NCBI GenBank assembly: GCA_038087875.1
Contig: CM075990.1
Span: 2,420,001-2,484,000 of the forward strand
Direction: 5' to 3'
Source: Malacoraja senta
Lineage: Eukaryota
Length of the DNA: 64,000 bases
Below are positions 22,361 through 33,801 of the stretch, in pieces. Each line of letters starts with the position of its first letter. Position 1 is the first letter of the stretch. Below the pieces are notes generated by a model, which did no database searches, was not told the origin of the DNA, and saw nothing but the letters and a program-made list of their open reading frames with translations. Made by a program: the position numbers and the translations under genes.

Positions 22361-24799
22361 ACAGGATCTAGATGAACTGGGTAAATGAGCCAAGGGACGG
22401 TAGATGGAATTTAACTCAGATAAGCATGAGGTGCTGCATTTTGGTAATTTAAACTAGGGCAGGACTTCCGTCGTAAATAGAAGAGCCATTGAGATTGTTG
22501 CACAATAGAGAGATGGTCGGCACGGTGGCACAGCGGTAGAGATACTGTCTTGCAGCGCCAGAGATCCAGGTTCGATCCTGATTACGGGTGCTTGTCTGTA
22601 AAGAGTTTGTACATTCTCCCCGAGATCTTAGGCTTCCTCCCACACTCCAATGAAGTACAGGTTTCTGCATCTTTCTAGCCTGTCCAATCCCTTAATAAAT
22701 GTATATGTATGCAGGGACATAGATCATGTGCAGGCAGAGGAGATGTGTTTAACTTGGCATCATGTTCGGCACAGACTTTGTGGGCCGAAGAGACTGTTTT
22801 TGTGCTGCACAATTCTATGTTCTGTGTACAAAATGCACTGCCATTACTCGCCTGGGTTACTCTAACAGCAATGTGACTAAACCTGCAAAATCTTCCACCA
22901 AGGAGGACAAGGACAGCAGAAGGCACGGTGGCACAGCGGTAGAGTTGCTGCCTTCTAGCGCCAGAGACCCGGGTTCGATCCTGACTACAGGTGCTGTCTG
23001 TACGGAGTTTCTCCGTTCACCCTGTGACAGTGTGGGTTTTCTCCGGGCACTCCGGTTTCCTCCCACACTCCAAAGACGTGCAGGTTTTGTAGGTCAATTG
23101 TCTTCTGTGGATTGTCCCTAGTGTGTTGGATGGAACTACTGCACGGGTGATCGCTGGTTGGCGTGGACTCAGTGGGCCGAAGGACCTGTTTCCATGCTAT
23201 ATCTCCAAAGTCTAAAGCGTAAAGTCAGGCTCAGAAGATCAACACCAAGACTGGCTGTCATTGAGGATTCTTGTTCTGCAGAAAGACTGGAGAAGCTGGA
23301 CCCTTCATCAGTCTGAAGAAGGGTCTCGATCCGAAACGTCACCTATTCCTTCGCTCCATAGATGCTGCCTCACCCGTTGAGTTTCTCCAGCATTTCTTGT
23401 CTACCTTCGATTTGTCCAGCATCTGCAGTTCCTTCTTAAATACTTAAACCAGATGAGCATTTTTACACTCTGCTGACAAAAATCCTGATATATAATCCAA
23501 TTATATTACCTGTGCCATTTTTTTAAATTCAAGTTCGATTTTGGGTTTCGGCCCGAAACGTTGCCTATTTCCTTCGCTCCATAGATGCTGCTGCACCCGC
23601 TGAGTTTCTCCAGCATTTTTGTGTACCTTCGATTTTTATTCAAATGCTGAGTTACTCCAGCACTTTGTGTCTTTTTTGTTGTAAACCGGCACCTGCAGTT
23701 CCTTGTGTCTCCCCTTTGCACTGCGGCTTGTATGGGGATGTGAATTGATAAAGGCAGGAGTTATGAAACACTTGCCCCGGGGGACACCATGGTGACAGGG
23801 AGCCGGAGGGGATGCAGTTTGACCTCAATGTGTAAAATGCTGTCTAGAGTCATTTCAAATCAGTTTATATGTTGGTCCACGGAATTGATTGCAATGGTTT
23901 TAAAGGGTTAGATCTGTTCATGCCTCGGGGCGAGAAAGAAACAAAACACAGTGTTTGACTAATCTGGCATGAAAAGTCAATGCTACCACAAGCTGGCTGC
24001 TGCTGTTTGCAGCGATGCGCTGCAAGGCTTGTTTGTTTACAGGGGTGTTGTGGCTGTCCGGGGCAAAGACTGCAGGAGCGGGGGATAGCGCCGGGGTTGG
24101 CCGGCAGAGGGTGCAGCGACACCGGGCTCGCCCGCAGCCCCGCTCCCTTCGCTCGGAGCTCCGGTACCTTTCCCACCCAACGCGACTTTTCTGTTCCTAT
24201 CTTTCTTTTAACAAGAAAAAAAAGGGATTCCCTCCTCCCTCACGGTATTAATTCCAAGGGTCTCCACCTGAAACTTCACCCATCTATTTTCTCCAGAGAT
24301 GCTGGCTGATCCGTTCAGTTACTCCAGCGTTTTGTGTCTAACTTCATTCCAAGGATTAGTTTCAATGTCCTACTGATTAAATATTTCTGATTGTATGTCT
24401 GGTTGTCACTTCCCCCTCATCTACCAATACACCATTCTACATTTCCTTGCGCATCGTCCACTTTGATCTGTGTTTTCACACCTTACCCTTCCATACCTCC
24501 TTCACCCCTGACATTCAGTCTGAAGAAGGGTCTTGACCCGAAACGTCACCCATTCCCACCCTTCTCTCCTGAGATGCTGCCTGACCCGTTGAGTCACTCC
24601 AGCATTTTGTGTCTCTCTTCGTTCCAAGGATAGGCTCAAAAAGCTGGACTAACACAAGGATTCCAAGGATCCTGGTCTCCTTAGAGCATTGGGCAAGGAC
24701 TGAGTTGGGTCTAACCCAAGAATTCACAGAGCAGAGAGAGGCCATTTGGCCCATCGTGCTGCTGTATGCCCTTTACTAGATCTGACCGTGGTGTGACGA

Positions 24800-25618
24800 G
24801 TGGTGGCGCCATAGAGTGTGGCAGCTGTTAATTTTTCACACCTTTTTAACATTTTTAGTTTGTTAAAAGTTTTGTTCTGGAGGCTTTTTAGTCTTTTTTA
24901 TGTGTGGGGGAAGGGGGAAACCATTTTTTCCAGTCGCTACCTGGTCGAGGATGCGTCCTTTCTCCGAGCCGCATCTTCGCCACCTCCACCTGTATTTGGA
25001 TTGGCGCGGCCTTTCCTGCCGGAGACCGCCCAGAGCTTCGAGCTGCAGCTTCAGCGGCGGCGCAGCACTGAGGTACCATCGCGGAGCGGGCGATGCCTTA
25101 CCCGGGTCGCCGTGTTGGAGCTCCGGAGTGCTGGGACCGCCGACTTCAACAACGTGGAGCTGTGGGGTCTGCGGAGCGTCCAGCCGTGGCGGCGCTGACT
25201 TTAAACACCGCGGAGCCTGGGATCTTTTGCCGAGATCGCCAGTGTTGGAGCTCCGACCAGTGCGGCCTGTGGACTTCGGAAGCCGCGGTCTCCAGTAGCA
25301 AGCGGCCATTTCGGAACTCCAAGAGTGTTCTTCCGACGCCGGAGTTCCATCATTCCGGCGAGAGGGCCTGAAACATCGGGCCGCCGCAGCGGCGACTGCG
25401 GAGGCCTCAATAGGCCCCGACCACGGGTGAACATAGAGGAAGTGGACTGGACTTTGCTGCCTTCCCTCACAGTGGGAACCATTGCGGGGGGATGTTTTTA
25501 TGTTTAATGTTAAATTCTTTAATGTTGTGTTTATTTTATTGGTTTTGCTGCAATGGCAACTCAAATTTCACTGCACCAATTGGTGTATGTCACAATAAAT
25601 GTCCTTTGCCCTTTGTCC
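24800..25618 (+). mobile_element. GC-rich non-autonomous retroposon, second copy
   Basis: Collinear with 6052-6855; ends in CAATAAA plus a short tandem tail. Confidence 0.72.
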
Positions 25619-26559
25619 AGTGCATCTCAGTCACAAGTTCTCGGCCCACGTCTACCTCTAAAGGTAAATGAATTCCACAAGTCAGGGCAGTGTCACTATA
25701 CATGTAAACATCGCAGTCTGAATGTCAAATCTTTGGATATTTACTTTAATTTAATTAATTTAGTTTAGTTTAGTTTGTATTGAGTGAGGTACAGTGAAAA
25801 GCTTTTGTTGTGTGCAAAATAGTCCGCAGAAATACTTAGTCTTCCTTTGTTTGAAACATGACCTGAGGTCTTGAAGTGAAAGGATTACGGCCTCCTCCAA
25901 TGTCAGAGTGAGATCCAACTCAAATTGGAGGAATAGCACCTCATATTTCTCTTTGGGCAGCTCACACCCCAGTTGCATGAATAATGATGTCTCTAACTTC
26001 GTAACCCTTGCTTTGCCTCTTCTCCATCCCTCCCCATCCTAGTTCTTTGACTAGATTCAATGTCCTCCTGATTAAATATTACAGATTTTGTGCCTAGTTG
26101 TCACCTTCCCCTCAGCTAACAATGTACCAGTTTACATTTCCTTGTTAATCGTCCCCTTTGATCTGTGTTTTCACACCTTGGTCTTCCATATGTCTATGTC
26201 GACCGTCTCCCCTGACTGATAAACAGCCAACAATGGTAGTTTAAACCCAGCGGTATGAACATTGACCTCCAATTTCAGATAGTCCTTGCTTTCTCCCTCC
26301 TTCCCCTCCCCTTCCCAGCTCTCCCACAGCCTACTGTCTTCGCCTCTACTTTTCTTTCCCCTCCCCTCCCCGACATCAGTCTGAAGAAGGGTCTCGACCC
26401 AAAACATTGCCTATTCCTTCTCTCCATAGATGCTGCCTCACCCGCTGTGTTTCTCCAGCGTTTTTGTCTACCTAACAATGGCCTGTTTGCTTTATCATTG
26501 TAACTTTTCTGCACATCTTTCATTCATTGTTCTATACCTCTCTACATCATCGTCTATAT

Positions 26560-26946
26560 CAAAGATCCTATAGCAGAGCAAGATCCTGCTAAATGCAATG
26601 GGCTGACGTGTAGTACGCAACGGAACAGAACGTGGGCCTTTTTTTCATCCATTTCCGTAACCGGACCCGACCCGACTCGCAGTGTAATCAACGTTGCGGA
26701 GGAACAGTTTGTGTTAATAAATTTAAATTCTGAAAATGAGGAGAAGATTTTTACCAAATAACTTTTATTTTTACGAGGATGTTTCCGTAACCGGCTTCCG
26801 TCTCCGACTTAGTATCCTATGGGATCTTTGGTGCGGAGACGGAAGCCGGTTACGGAAATGGGGCCGAAAATTACCCATGAATCTGCCCATGACCGTACTA
26901 CGTCTTTTTCGTCGAGTGGTCTATCTTGCTCGCTATAGAATCTTTG
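26560..26946. mobile_element. hAT-type MITE
   Basis: TIR CAAAGATCCTATAGC...GCTATAGAATCTTTG; 8-bp TSD GTCTATAT/GTCTCTAT (7/8). Confidence 0.85.
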
Positions 26947-28599
26947 GTCTCTATCTCTCGTTTCCCTTTCCCGTGACTTTCAGTCTGAAGAAGGGTGTCG
27001 ACCCGAAACGTCACCCATTCCTTCTCTCCAGAGATGCTGCCTGTCCCGCTGAATTACTCCAGTATTTTGCATCTATCTTCTGAGACAAATGCGTAATGGA
27101 AGGGAGAATCGAACATTACAGAAATGAATTAGGCAGATGTGGCCCTTGTGGCTAAGGGGATCAGGGGGTATGGAGAGAAGGCAGGTACGGGATACTGAGT
27201 TGGATGATCAGCCATGATCATATTGAATGGCGGTGCAGGCTCGAAGGGCCGAATGGCCTACTCCTGCACCTATTTTCTATGTATCTATAACTCCCTTGCA
27301 GAAGAAATGTCCTTTGAAGCTTGCACATTTCGCGGCCAAAAAATGTTTCCCAAAAATAAACTTTATTCAGAATAAAAAATATATACAGGTCTGTCCTTGG
27401 GTTGTTAGCCACCCAAGTGTTTGTATTCAAGTTACCCAAGTTATGAGAGGTCATCTCATTGCAGTTCGCAACACTGGTGGAGTGGGGACTCGGTGGGCCG
27501 AAGGGCCGGTTTCCACGCTGTATCTCTAAACTAAACCTCTGGAAGGTTTAGTAGCCTCGTGCACTCCAAGAGAACGGGAGCATTTCAGAAATACACTCTT
27601 AAGTAGTTTTATAATTAGAGAACAAAGAAGGTCGCAGGCAGGGGGTTAGGGGTGGGGTGTGACACGAGAACAATAAAGGACCGCTGGGAAACTAATGAGT
27701 ACTTTTGTAACTCAGCACCAGATGGTTTAATTTAGTTTTAGTTGCGAGATACAGAAACAGGCCCTTCGGCCCACCGAATCCCCGCACATTCACACTATCC
27801 TATACACTAAGGACAATTTTACGTTCATACCCAAGCCAATTAACCTGCAAACCTGTACGTCTTTTGGAGTGTGGGAGGAAACCGAAGATCTCAGAGAAAA
27901 CCCACGCAGGTCATGGGGAGAATGTGCAAACTCTGGACAGACAGCACCCATAGTCAAGGAATTCTGTCCCTGATTTGTGTATTGGTCTTTATAACTTATT
28001 TTTTTTAATTCTGATTATATGTTTCCTATAAATCTCTGTAAGGTGTCCTTGAGACCTCGGTATAAGGCGCCCATAAATAAAATTCATTATTATTATTATT
28101 ATAGTCGGGATCGAACCCGGGTCTCTGGCGCTGCAAGGCAGCTACTCTACTGCTGCGCCACGAGGCAACTTTTTGCGAACTTTGTGTATTGTATACATAA
28201 ACAAAGAATTTCACTGGCTAGCTACATGTGACAACTGAGTATTATTGAACCATTGAACCATTAGTTGCTGTGAAGATGTCTCACGGACTGCAGAGTCTAG
28301 GACCAGAAAACTCTGAGAACAAAGATAGAGAGATCAGGAAGGTACAGATTCCTTACCACACACCCAAAGGTTCAGGCAGTGACTTTGTACCAAACAGACT
28401 AGTTTGGTTTAGTTTAGCTTAGAGATACAGCGAGAAAAGTGGTGAACTCTGGCTGGCCCATCACGGGTACTGACCTCCCCACCATCGAAGGGATCTAGTG
28501 TTAAAGAAGGAACTGCAGATGCTGGAAAATCGAAGGTACACAAAAATGCTGGAGAAACTCAGCGGGTGCAGCAGCATCTATGGAGCGAAGGAAATAGGC

Positions 28600-28627
28600 A
28601 ACGTTTCGGGCCGAAACCCTTCTTCAG
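28600..28627 (-). ncRNA. Minimal hammerhead-ribozyme-like core in left pLTR
   Basis: CUGAAGA-A-GGG-UUUCGG-CCC-GAAAC-GUU; minimal hammerheads are a known feature of Penelope pLTRs. Confidence 0.6.
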
Positions 28628-28744
28628 ACTGATAGGGGGTGGGGAGAAGAAAGGAAAAAAAGAAAAAGGCGGAGGAGGAGCCCGAGGGCTGGGGGAGGGG
28701 AGGAGACAACCAGAGGGCTGATGAAGGGGAGGGGACAGCAAGGG

Positions 28745-31645
28745 CTAGCAGAATTGGGAGAATTCAATGTTCAAGCCCCCAGGATGTAGACTGCCCAAGC
28801 GGAATATGAGGTGCATTTCCTCCAATTTACGGTGTTGCTCGCTGTGGCCATGGAGGAGACCCAGGACAGAGAGGTCAGATACGGAATGGGAGGGGGAGTT
28901 GAAGTGCTGAGCCACCGGGAGGTCAGGTTGGTTATTGCGGACCGACCGGAGGTGTTCGGCGAAACGATCGCCAAGCCTCTGCTTGGTCTCACCGATGTAG
29001 ATCAGCTGGCATCTAGAGCAGCGGCTGTAATAGATGAGGTTGGAGGAGATGCAGGTGAACCTCTGTCGCACCTGGAACGACTGCTTGGGTCCTTGAATGG
29101 AGTCGAGGGGGGAGGTGAAGGGACAAGTGTTGCATCTCTTGCGGTTGCAAGGGAAAGTACCAGGGGAGGGGGTCGTATGGGAGGGAAGGGAAGAATTGAC
29201 AAGGGAGTTACGGAGGGAGCAGTCTTTGCGGAAGGCAGACATGGGGGGAGATGGGAAGATGTGGCGAGTGGTGGGGTCACGTTGGAGGTGGCGAAACTGA
29301 CGGAGGATCACTTGTTGTATGTGACGGCTGGTGGGGTGAAAGGTGAGGACTAGGGGGACTCTGCCCTTGTTGTGAGTGGGGGGATGGGGAGAGAGAGCAG
29401 TGTTGCGGGGTATGGCAGAGACCCTGGTGCGAGCCTCATCTATGGTGGAGGAGGGGAACCCCCGTTCCCTGAAGAATGAGGACATTTCAGATGCCCTGGT
29501 GTGGAACGCCTCATCCTGGGAGCAGATGCGGCGTAGACGGAGGAATTGGGAGTGGGGGATGGAGTCCTTACAGGAAGCAGGGTGGGAAGAAGTGTAGTCC
29601 AGATAGCCATGGGAGTCGGTGGGTTTGTAGTGGATGTCGGTAAGAAGTCTATCACCTGCGATGGAGATAGTGAGGTCAAGGAATGGTAGGGAAGTGTCGG
29701 AAATGGTCCAGGTGTATTTGAGTGCCGGATGGAAGTTGGTGGTGAAGCGGATGAAGTCAGTCAGTTGTGTGTGGGTGCAGGATGTGGCACCAAAACAATC
29801 ATCGATGTAGCGGAGGTAGAGGTCGAGGATGGGGCCCTGGTACGCATTGAACAAGGATTGTTCTACGTACCCGACAAAGAGGCAGGCGTAGCTGGGGCCC
29901 ATGCGTGTGCCCATAGCTACGCCTTGTATTTGGAGGAAATGGGAGGAGTCAAATGAAAAGTTATTAAGTGTAAGGACCAGCTCCGCTAGGCGGAGGAGGG
30001 TGTCAGTGGCCGGGTATAGATTGCTTCTACGGTCGAGGAAAAAACGGAGGGCTTCGAGACCATCCTGGTGGGGGATGGAGGTGTACAATGACTGGACGTC
30101 CATGGTGAAGATGAGGGGGTGAGGGCCTAGAGAGTGGAATGCGCGGAGATGACAGAGAGTGTCTGAGGTGTCTTGAACATAGGTAGGGAGGGATTTAACC
30201 AAGGGGGATAGGATGGAGTCGAGGTAGGTGGAGATGAGTTCGGTGGGGCAAGAACAGGCAGAGACAATGGGTCTACCGGGACAGTCAGGTTTGTGGATTT
30301 TGGGGAGAAGGTAAAAGCGGGCTGTGCGGGGCTGGGGAACGATGAGGTCGGAGGCTCGGTCGGGCAGGGCGTGGGAGTGGATGAAGTCGATGATGGTGCT
30401 GGAGATGGTGGCATGGTGCTCGTCAGTGGGGTCATGGTCCAGGGGTAAGTAGGAGGAGGTGTCCGAGAGTTGGCGCGTGGCCTCAGCTTTGTAGAGATCG
30501 ACGCGCCAGACTACCACGGCACCTCCCTTGTCGGCGGGTTTGATAACCCAATCTAGGTCGTTGCGGAGTGAGTCGATGGCAGTGCGTTCAGGGGGGGAGA
30601 GATTGGAGTGAGACAGGGGAGTGGAGAAGTTGAGGCGGTTGATGTCACGGCGGCAGTTTTGAATGAAGAGTTCTAAAGCCGGAAGGCTACGAGGGGGGTT
30701 CCATGAGGATGGGGTGCGTTGGAGACGGGAAAAGGAGTCATCAGTGGGGAGCGAGGACTCCTTCCCATGGAAGTGAGCTGTGAGGCGGAGGCGACGGTAG
30801 AAGCGTTCCAAGTCATGGAGGGCACGGAACTCATTGAGGTGGGGACGGAGGGGGACAAAGGTAAGACCTCTGCTGAGGACAGGCCGTTCGATGTCGGAGA
30901 GGGGGAGGTCGGGGTGGATGGTGAACACCCGGCAGGGATGGGGGTTGGGGCCGGAGGACGGCAGGTGGGTGGAATGGGGACGAGGCGATGTGTGGTGGGG
31001 GGGTGGTGGGTGGTCAGGGGGTGGGGGGGTGAGAGGGCTGTGGTGTGGGTGTGGAAGAGAAGTGGTCCCATAGTTGGAGAGGGATGGGGAAGAATCAGTG
31101 GAACTAACACTGAGATAACCAGGGCTAGGCAGACTAGCGCTAGGACCCAGTGGAGTCAAACCCAGGAGAGTGGGAGTGAGCAGCGTGGAGGCTTCAGGCC
31201 CAGTACAGAGTCCAGTTTGCAGGTGAGGCGACGGCTGCGGGCTGCCGGAGGGCGTTGCAGTGGCGAGGGTCGGCGGACCCGATGGTCGGGGTCCGTGGGC
31301 AGTGGAGTCGGGGTCCACGGGCGATGCTTGGGAGGTCCCGGCAGGCGGATGGTCGGTGGGGCGGCGCGGTTCGACCAGCCCGGTGAGGCGATGGGGTGAG
31401 TAGGGTGCTGTGCGGCGGCCATGTTCGGGGAGCCCCGGTCCGGCGGTCATGTAGAGTAGGCCCGGTCCGGCGGCGATGCTGGATGGGCCCGGTTCGCCGA
31501 ACACCTCCGGTCGGTCCGCAATAACCAACCTGACCTCCCGGTGGCTCAGCACTTCAACTCCCCCTCCCATTCCGTATCTGACCTCTCTGTCCTGGGTCTC
31601 CTCCATGGCCACAGCGAGCAAAGCCGTAAATTGGAGGAAATGCAC
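28745..31645 (-). CDS. Penelope RT/GIY-YIG endonuclease ORF (first ~50 codons are read from the inverted pLTR; true start uncertain)
   Basis: IKPADKGGAVV, LPKIHK, GRPIVS, QGVAMG, YLRYIDD, Cys linker CNRKRCNTC, NLIY..RCSRC..YIGETK; no stop or frameshift over 966 codons. Confidence 0.88.
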   Translation of the reverse strand: MHFLQFTALLAVAMEETQDREVRYGMGGGVEVLSHREVRLVIADRPEVFGEPGPSSIAAGPGLLYMTAGPGLPEHGRRTAPYSPHRLTGLVEPRRPTDHPPAGTSQASPVDPDSTAHGPRPSGPPTLATATPSGSPQPSPHLQTGLCTGPEASTLLTPTLLGLTPLGPSASLPSPGYLSVSSTDSSPSLSNYGTTSLPHPHHSPLTPPPPDHPPPPHHTSPRPHSTHLPSSGPNPHPCRVFTIHPDLPLSDIERPVLSRGLTFVPLRPHLNEFRALHDLERFYRRLRLTAHFHGKESSLPTDDSFSRLQRTPSSWNPPRSLPALELFIQNCRRDINRLNFSTPLSHSNLSPPERTAIDSLRNDLDWVIKPADKGGAVVVWRVDLYKAEATRQLSDTSSYLPLDHDPTDEHHATISSTIIDFIHSHALPDRASDLIVPQPRTARFYLLPKIHKPDCPGRPIVSACSCPTELISTYLDSILSPLVKSLPTYVQDTSDTLCHLRAFHSLGPHPLIFTMDVQSLYTSIPHQDGLEALRFFLDRRSNLYPATDTLLRLAELVLTLNNFSFDSSHFLQIQGVAMGTRMGPSYACLFVGYVEQSLFNAYQGPILDLYLRYIDDCFGATSCTHTQLTDFIRFTTNFHPALKYTWTISDTSLPFLDLTISIAGDRLLTDIHYKPTDSHGYLDYTSSHPASCKDSIPHSQFLRLRRICSQDEAFHTRASEMSSFFRERGFPSSTIDEARTRVSAIPRNTALSPHPPTHNKGRVPLVLTFHPTSRHIQQVILRQFRHLQRDPTTRHIFPSPPMSAFRKDCSLRNSLVNSSLPSHTTPSPGTFPCNRKRCNTCPFTSPLDSIQGPKQSFQVRQRFTCISSNLIYYSRCSRCQLIYIGETKQRLGDRFAEHLRSVRNNQPDLPVAQHFNSPSHSVSDLSVLGLLHGHSEQHRKLEEMHLIFRLGSLHPGGLNIEFSQFC

Positions 31646-31828
31646 CTCATATTCCGCTTGGGCAGTCTACATCCTGTGGGCATGAACATTGAATTCTCCC
31701 AATTCTGCTAGCCCTTGCTGTCCCCTCCCCTTCATCAGCCCTCTGGTTGTCTCCTCCCCTCCCCCAGCCCTCGGGCTCCTCCTCCGCCTTTTTCCTTTTT
31801 TCCTTTCTTCTCCCCACCCCCTATCAGT

Positions 31829-31856
31829 CTGAAGAAGGGTTTCGGCCCGAAACGTT
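31829..31856 (+). ncRNA. Minimal hammerhead-ribozyme-like core in right (inverted) pLTR
   Basis: CTGAAGAAGGGTTTCGGCCCGAAACGTT. Confidence 0.6.
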
Positions 31857-32125
31857 GCCTATTTCCTTCGCTCCATAGATGCTGCTGCACCCGCTGAGTT
31901 TCTCCAGCATTTTTGTGTACCTTCGATTTTCCAGCATCTGCAGTTCCTTCTTTAACACTGTGTTTACCAATTCTGTTGCGCTGCTGAAAGTACGAACTTA
32001 ATTGTTCTGTCTGGGATCACTCTTGACTCGTGGCCCACCGAGTCCACGCCAACCAACGATCACCCCCAGCGGTAGTTCTATCCTACACTATAGGGACAAT
32101 TTACAGAGGCCAATTAACCTACAAA

Positions 32126-32321
32126 ACCGGCCCCATAGCAGAAGCGTCCACGTCGCGGGGCTGGAAACTGGACGTATCCCGAGCTAATTCTGCTACCACC
32201 ATCATCTATTGCAACAAGTGACGGCTCCCACTGATTGTCGCCGGAAGCTTGCGCCTTTTCAGGATGGACGATGACAGCGAGGGCAACATTTGGAACATGG
32301 AGGATGGGCACGAAAGAAGAA
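32126..32321 (+). mobile_element. Short LINE 3' fragment with (GAA)n tail (Vingi/RTE-like) inserted in a SINE
   Basis: Ends in CACGAAAGAAGAAG; flanked by the ACCT(A/G)CAAA repeat. A similar (GAA)-tailed insert lies at ~54260-54380. Confidence 0.5.
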
Positions 32322-32804
32322 GACCTGCAAACCCGCACATCTTTAGAATGTGGGAGGAAACCAGAGCACCCGGAGAAGACCCACGCGGTCACTGGGAGAA
32401 CGTGCAAACTCTGTACAGACTGCACCCGTGGTCAGGATCGAACCCGGGTCTCTGACGCTGTAAGGTTCCAACTCTACCGCTGCTCCACCGTGCCGGCCTC
32501 AGGTATATTGACGTAGTTTCACTGAAGTTGGCCGTAACGTATACACTGCTTCACTGGCTGAACATCGGGGCTTGTAAATAAATACTGTTCACCCACACCA
32601 GGTCTGCACACTCACAGTTCGTGTGGATCATTTAATACCCTGTATAGTTAACCTCTGGGGATGTATAGAACAAGGTCCCATCCCGAGAGGTCACCTGTCT
32701 ATTTCCTCCACAGATGCTGCCTGACCCATTGAGTTCCTCCAGCAATTTGTGTTTCCAGCATCTGCAGCACCTTATTCCTCCAAAATGCAATATTCCCTCC
32801 TTGA

Positions 32805-33357
32805 AGGGCCTGTCCCACGGGCATGCGACTCCATGCGGCAAGCGCGACCTAACCGCAAGCGGGGGCCGTGCGGGGGCCGCGCGGAGGTCGCGGGGCCGGT
32901 CCCACTTCGATCGCCGGAGCCGTATGGAATTGTGCGGAGCTGGTCCCGACATCGCGCGGGGCTCCGAAAAACTGACACTGTTCAAAGATTCCGCGCGGCA
33001 AACGGCCTGCCGCCCCGCAGCCGCATCGAAGCCGTGCGCGTCGCATCGACGGCCGTGCGCACCGCCTCGACGCCGGACGCAGCCGCCACGGGGCCGTGCG
33101 CACCGCCTCGATGCCGGACGCAGCCGCAGCCGCATCGAGGCCGTGCACACCGCCTCAACGGCCGTGTGCACCACCTCGCCGCCGTACGCGCCGTCTTGAC
33201 GTCACTCGACCTCCGCACGGTTTGGTAGCGCTTGCCGCATGCAGCCGCATGCTGGTGGGACCGGCCTTGTACGGGGATCACTCGACCTCCGCGCGGCCCC
33301 TGCTTCCGGTTAGGTCGTGCTTGCCACATGGAGTCGCATGCCCGTGGGACAGGCCCT
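32805..33357. mobile_element. PIF/Harbinger-type MITE, GC-rich with internal tandem repeats
   Basis: Long TIR AGGGCCTGTCCCACGGGCATGCGACTCCATG...; TGA/TAA flanks. Confidence 0.8.
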
Positions 33358-33369
33358 TAAAAAGACTAA

Positions 33370-33801
33370 AGGGCCTGTCCCACTTTCACGAGTTATTCAC
33401 GAATTCTCCCGAGTTTTCCCCTTGATACAAACTCGCAGAATGTTCGTAACGAGTCCGTAGGAGGTCGTAGGAGTTCGTAGATATTTTGTAGCAGCTCGTT
33501 ATGCCGGCCGTAGGTACTTGGGGCATCAGGTAAGTCGGGACGTTTTTTTCAGCCCGATAAAAAATGTCCACGAGTAAAAAAATGGTCGGGATGAAAAAAA
33601 TTGCAACTTTTTACTCGTAAGGAGGGCATCGAAATAGTCGTGGGAATTCATAGACATACTCGTAGGAGTTCGTAGGAGTTTGTGAACAAAGTCGTGCAAG
33701 CTCGTAGGAGTTCGTAGATTACCACCATCTTGATTTTTTTTTTTAGGTCCTTTAAACTTGGCAGAGGTTTTGAATTAAGTCGTGAAAGTGGGACAGGCCC
33801 T
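33370..33801. mobile_element. PIF/Harbinger-type MITE (second subfamily)
   Basis: TIR AGGGCCTGTCCCACTTTCACGA...TCGTGAAAGTGGGACAGGCCCT; TAA/TTA flanks; internal CGTAGGAGTT repeats. Confidence 0.8.

Larger units (their letters stand above)
28497..31959 (-). mobile_element. Penelope-like retroelement (Neptune type) with inverted pLTRs
   Basis: 467-bp inverted terminal repeats (28497-28963 and 31493-31959) around an RT + GIY-YIG ORF. Confidence 0.95.

Noticed and set aside
24818..25564. 233-aa and other overlapping ORFs
   Set aside because: Stop-poor GC-rich repeat; no domain is recognisable and no long frame appears conserved with the 6-kb copy.
31493..31645. N-terminal ~50 aa of the 966-aa ORF as genuine Penelope protein
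   Set aside because: It is the antisense reading of the inverted pLTR; the same peptide appears in ORF 28811..29353.
32632..33329. Overlapping Arg/Ala-rich ORFs or a CpG-island promoter
   Set aside because: Contained in a GC-rich MITE bounded by TIRs.
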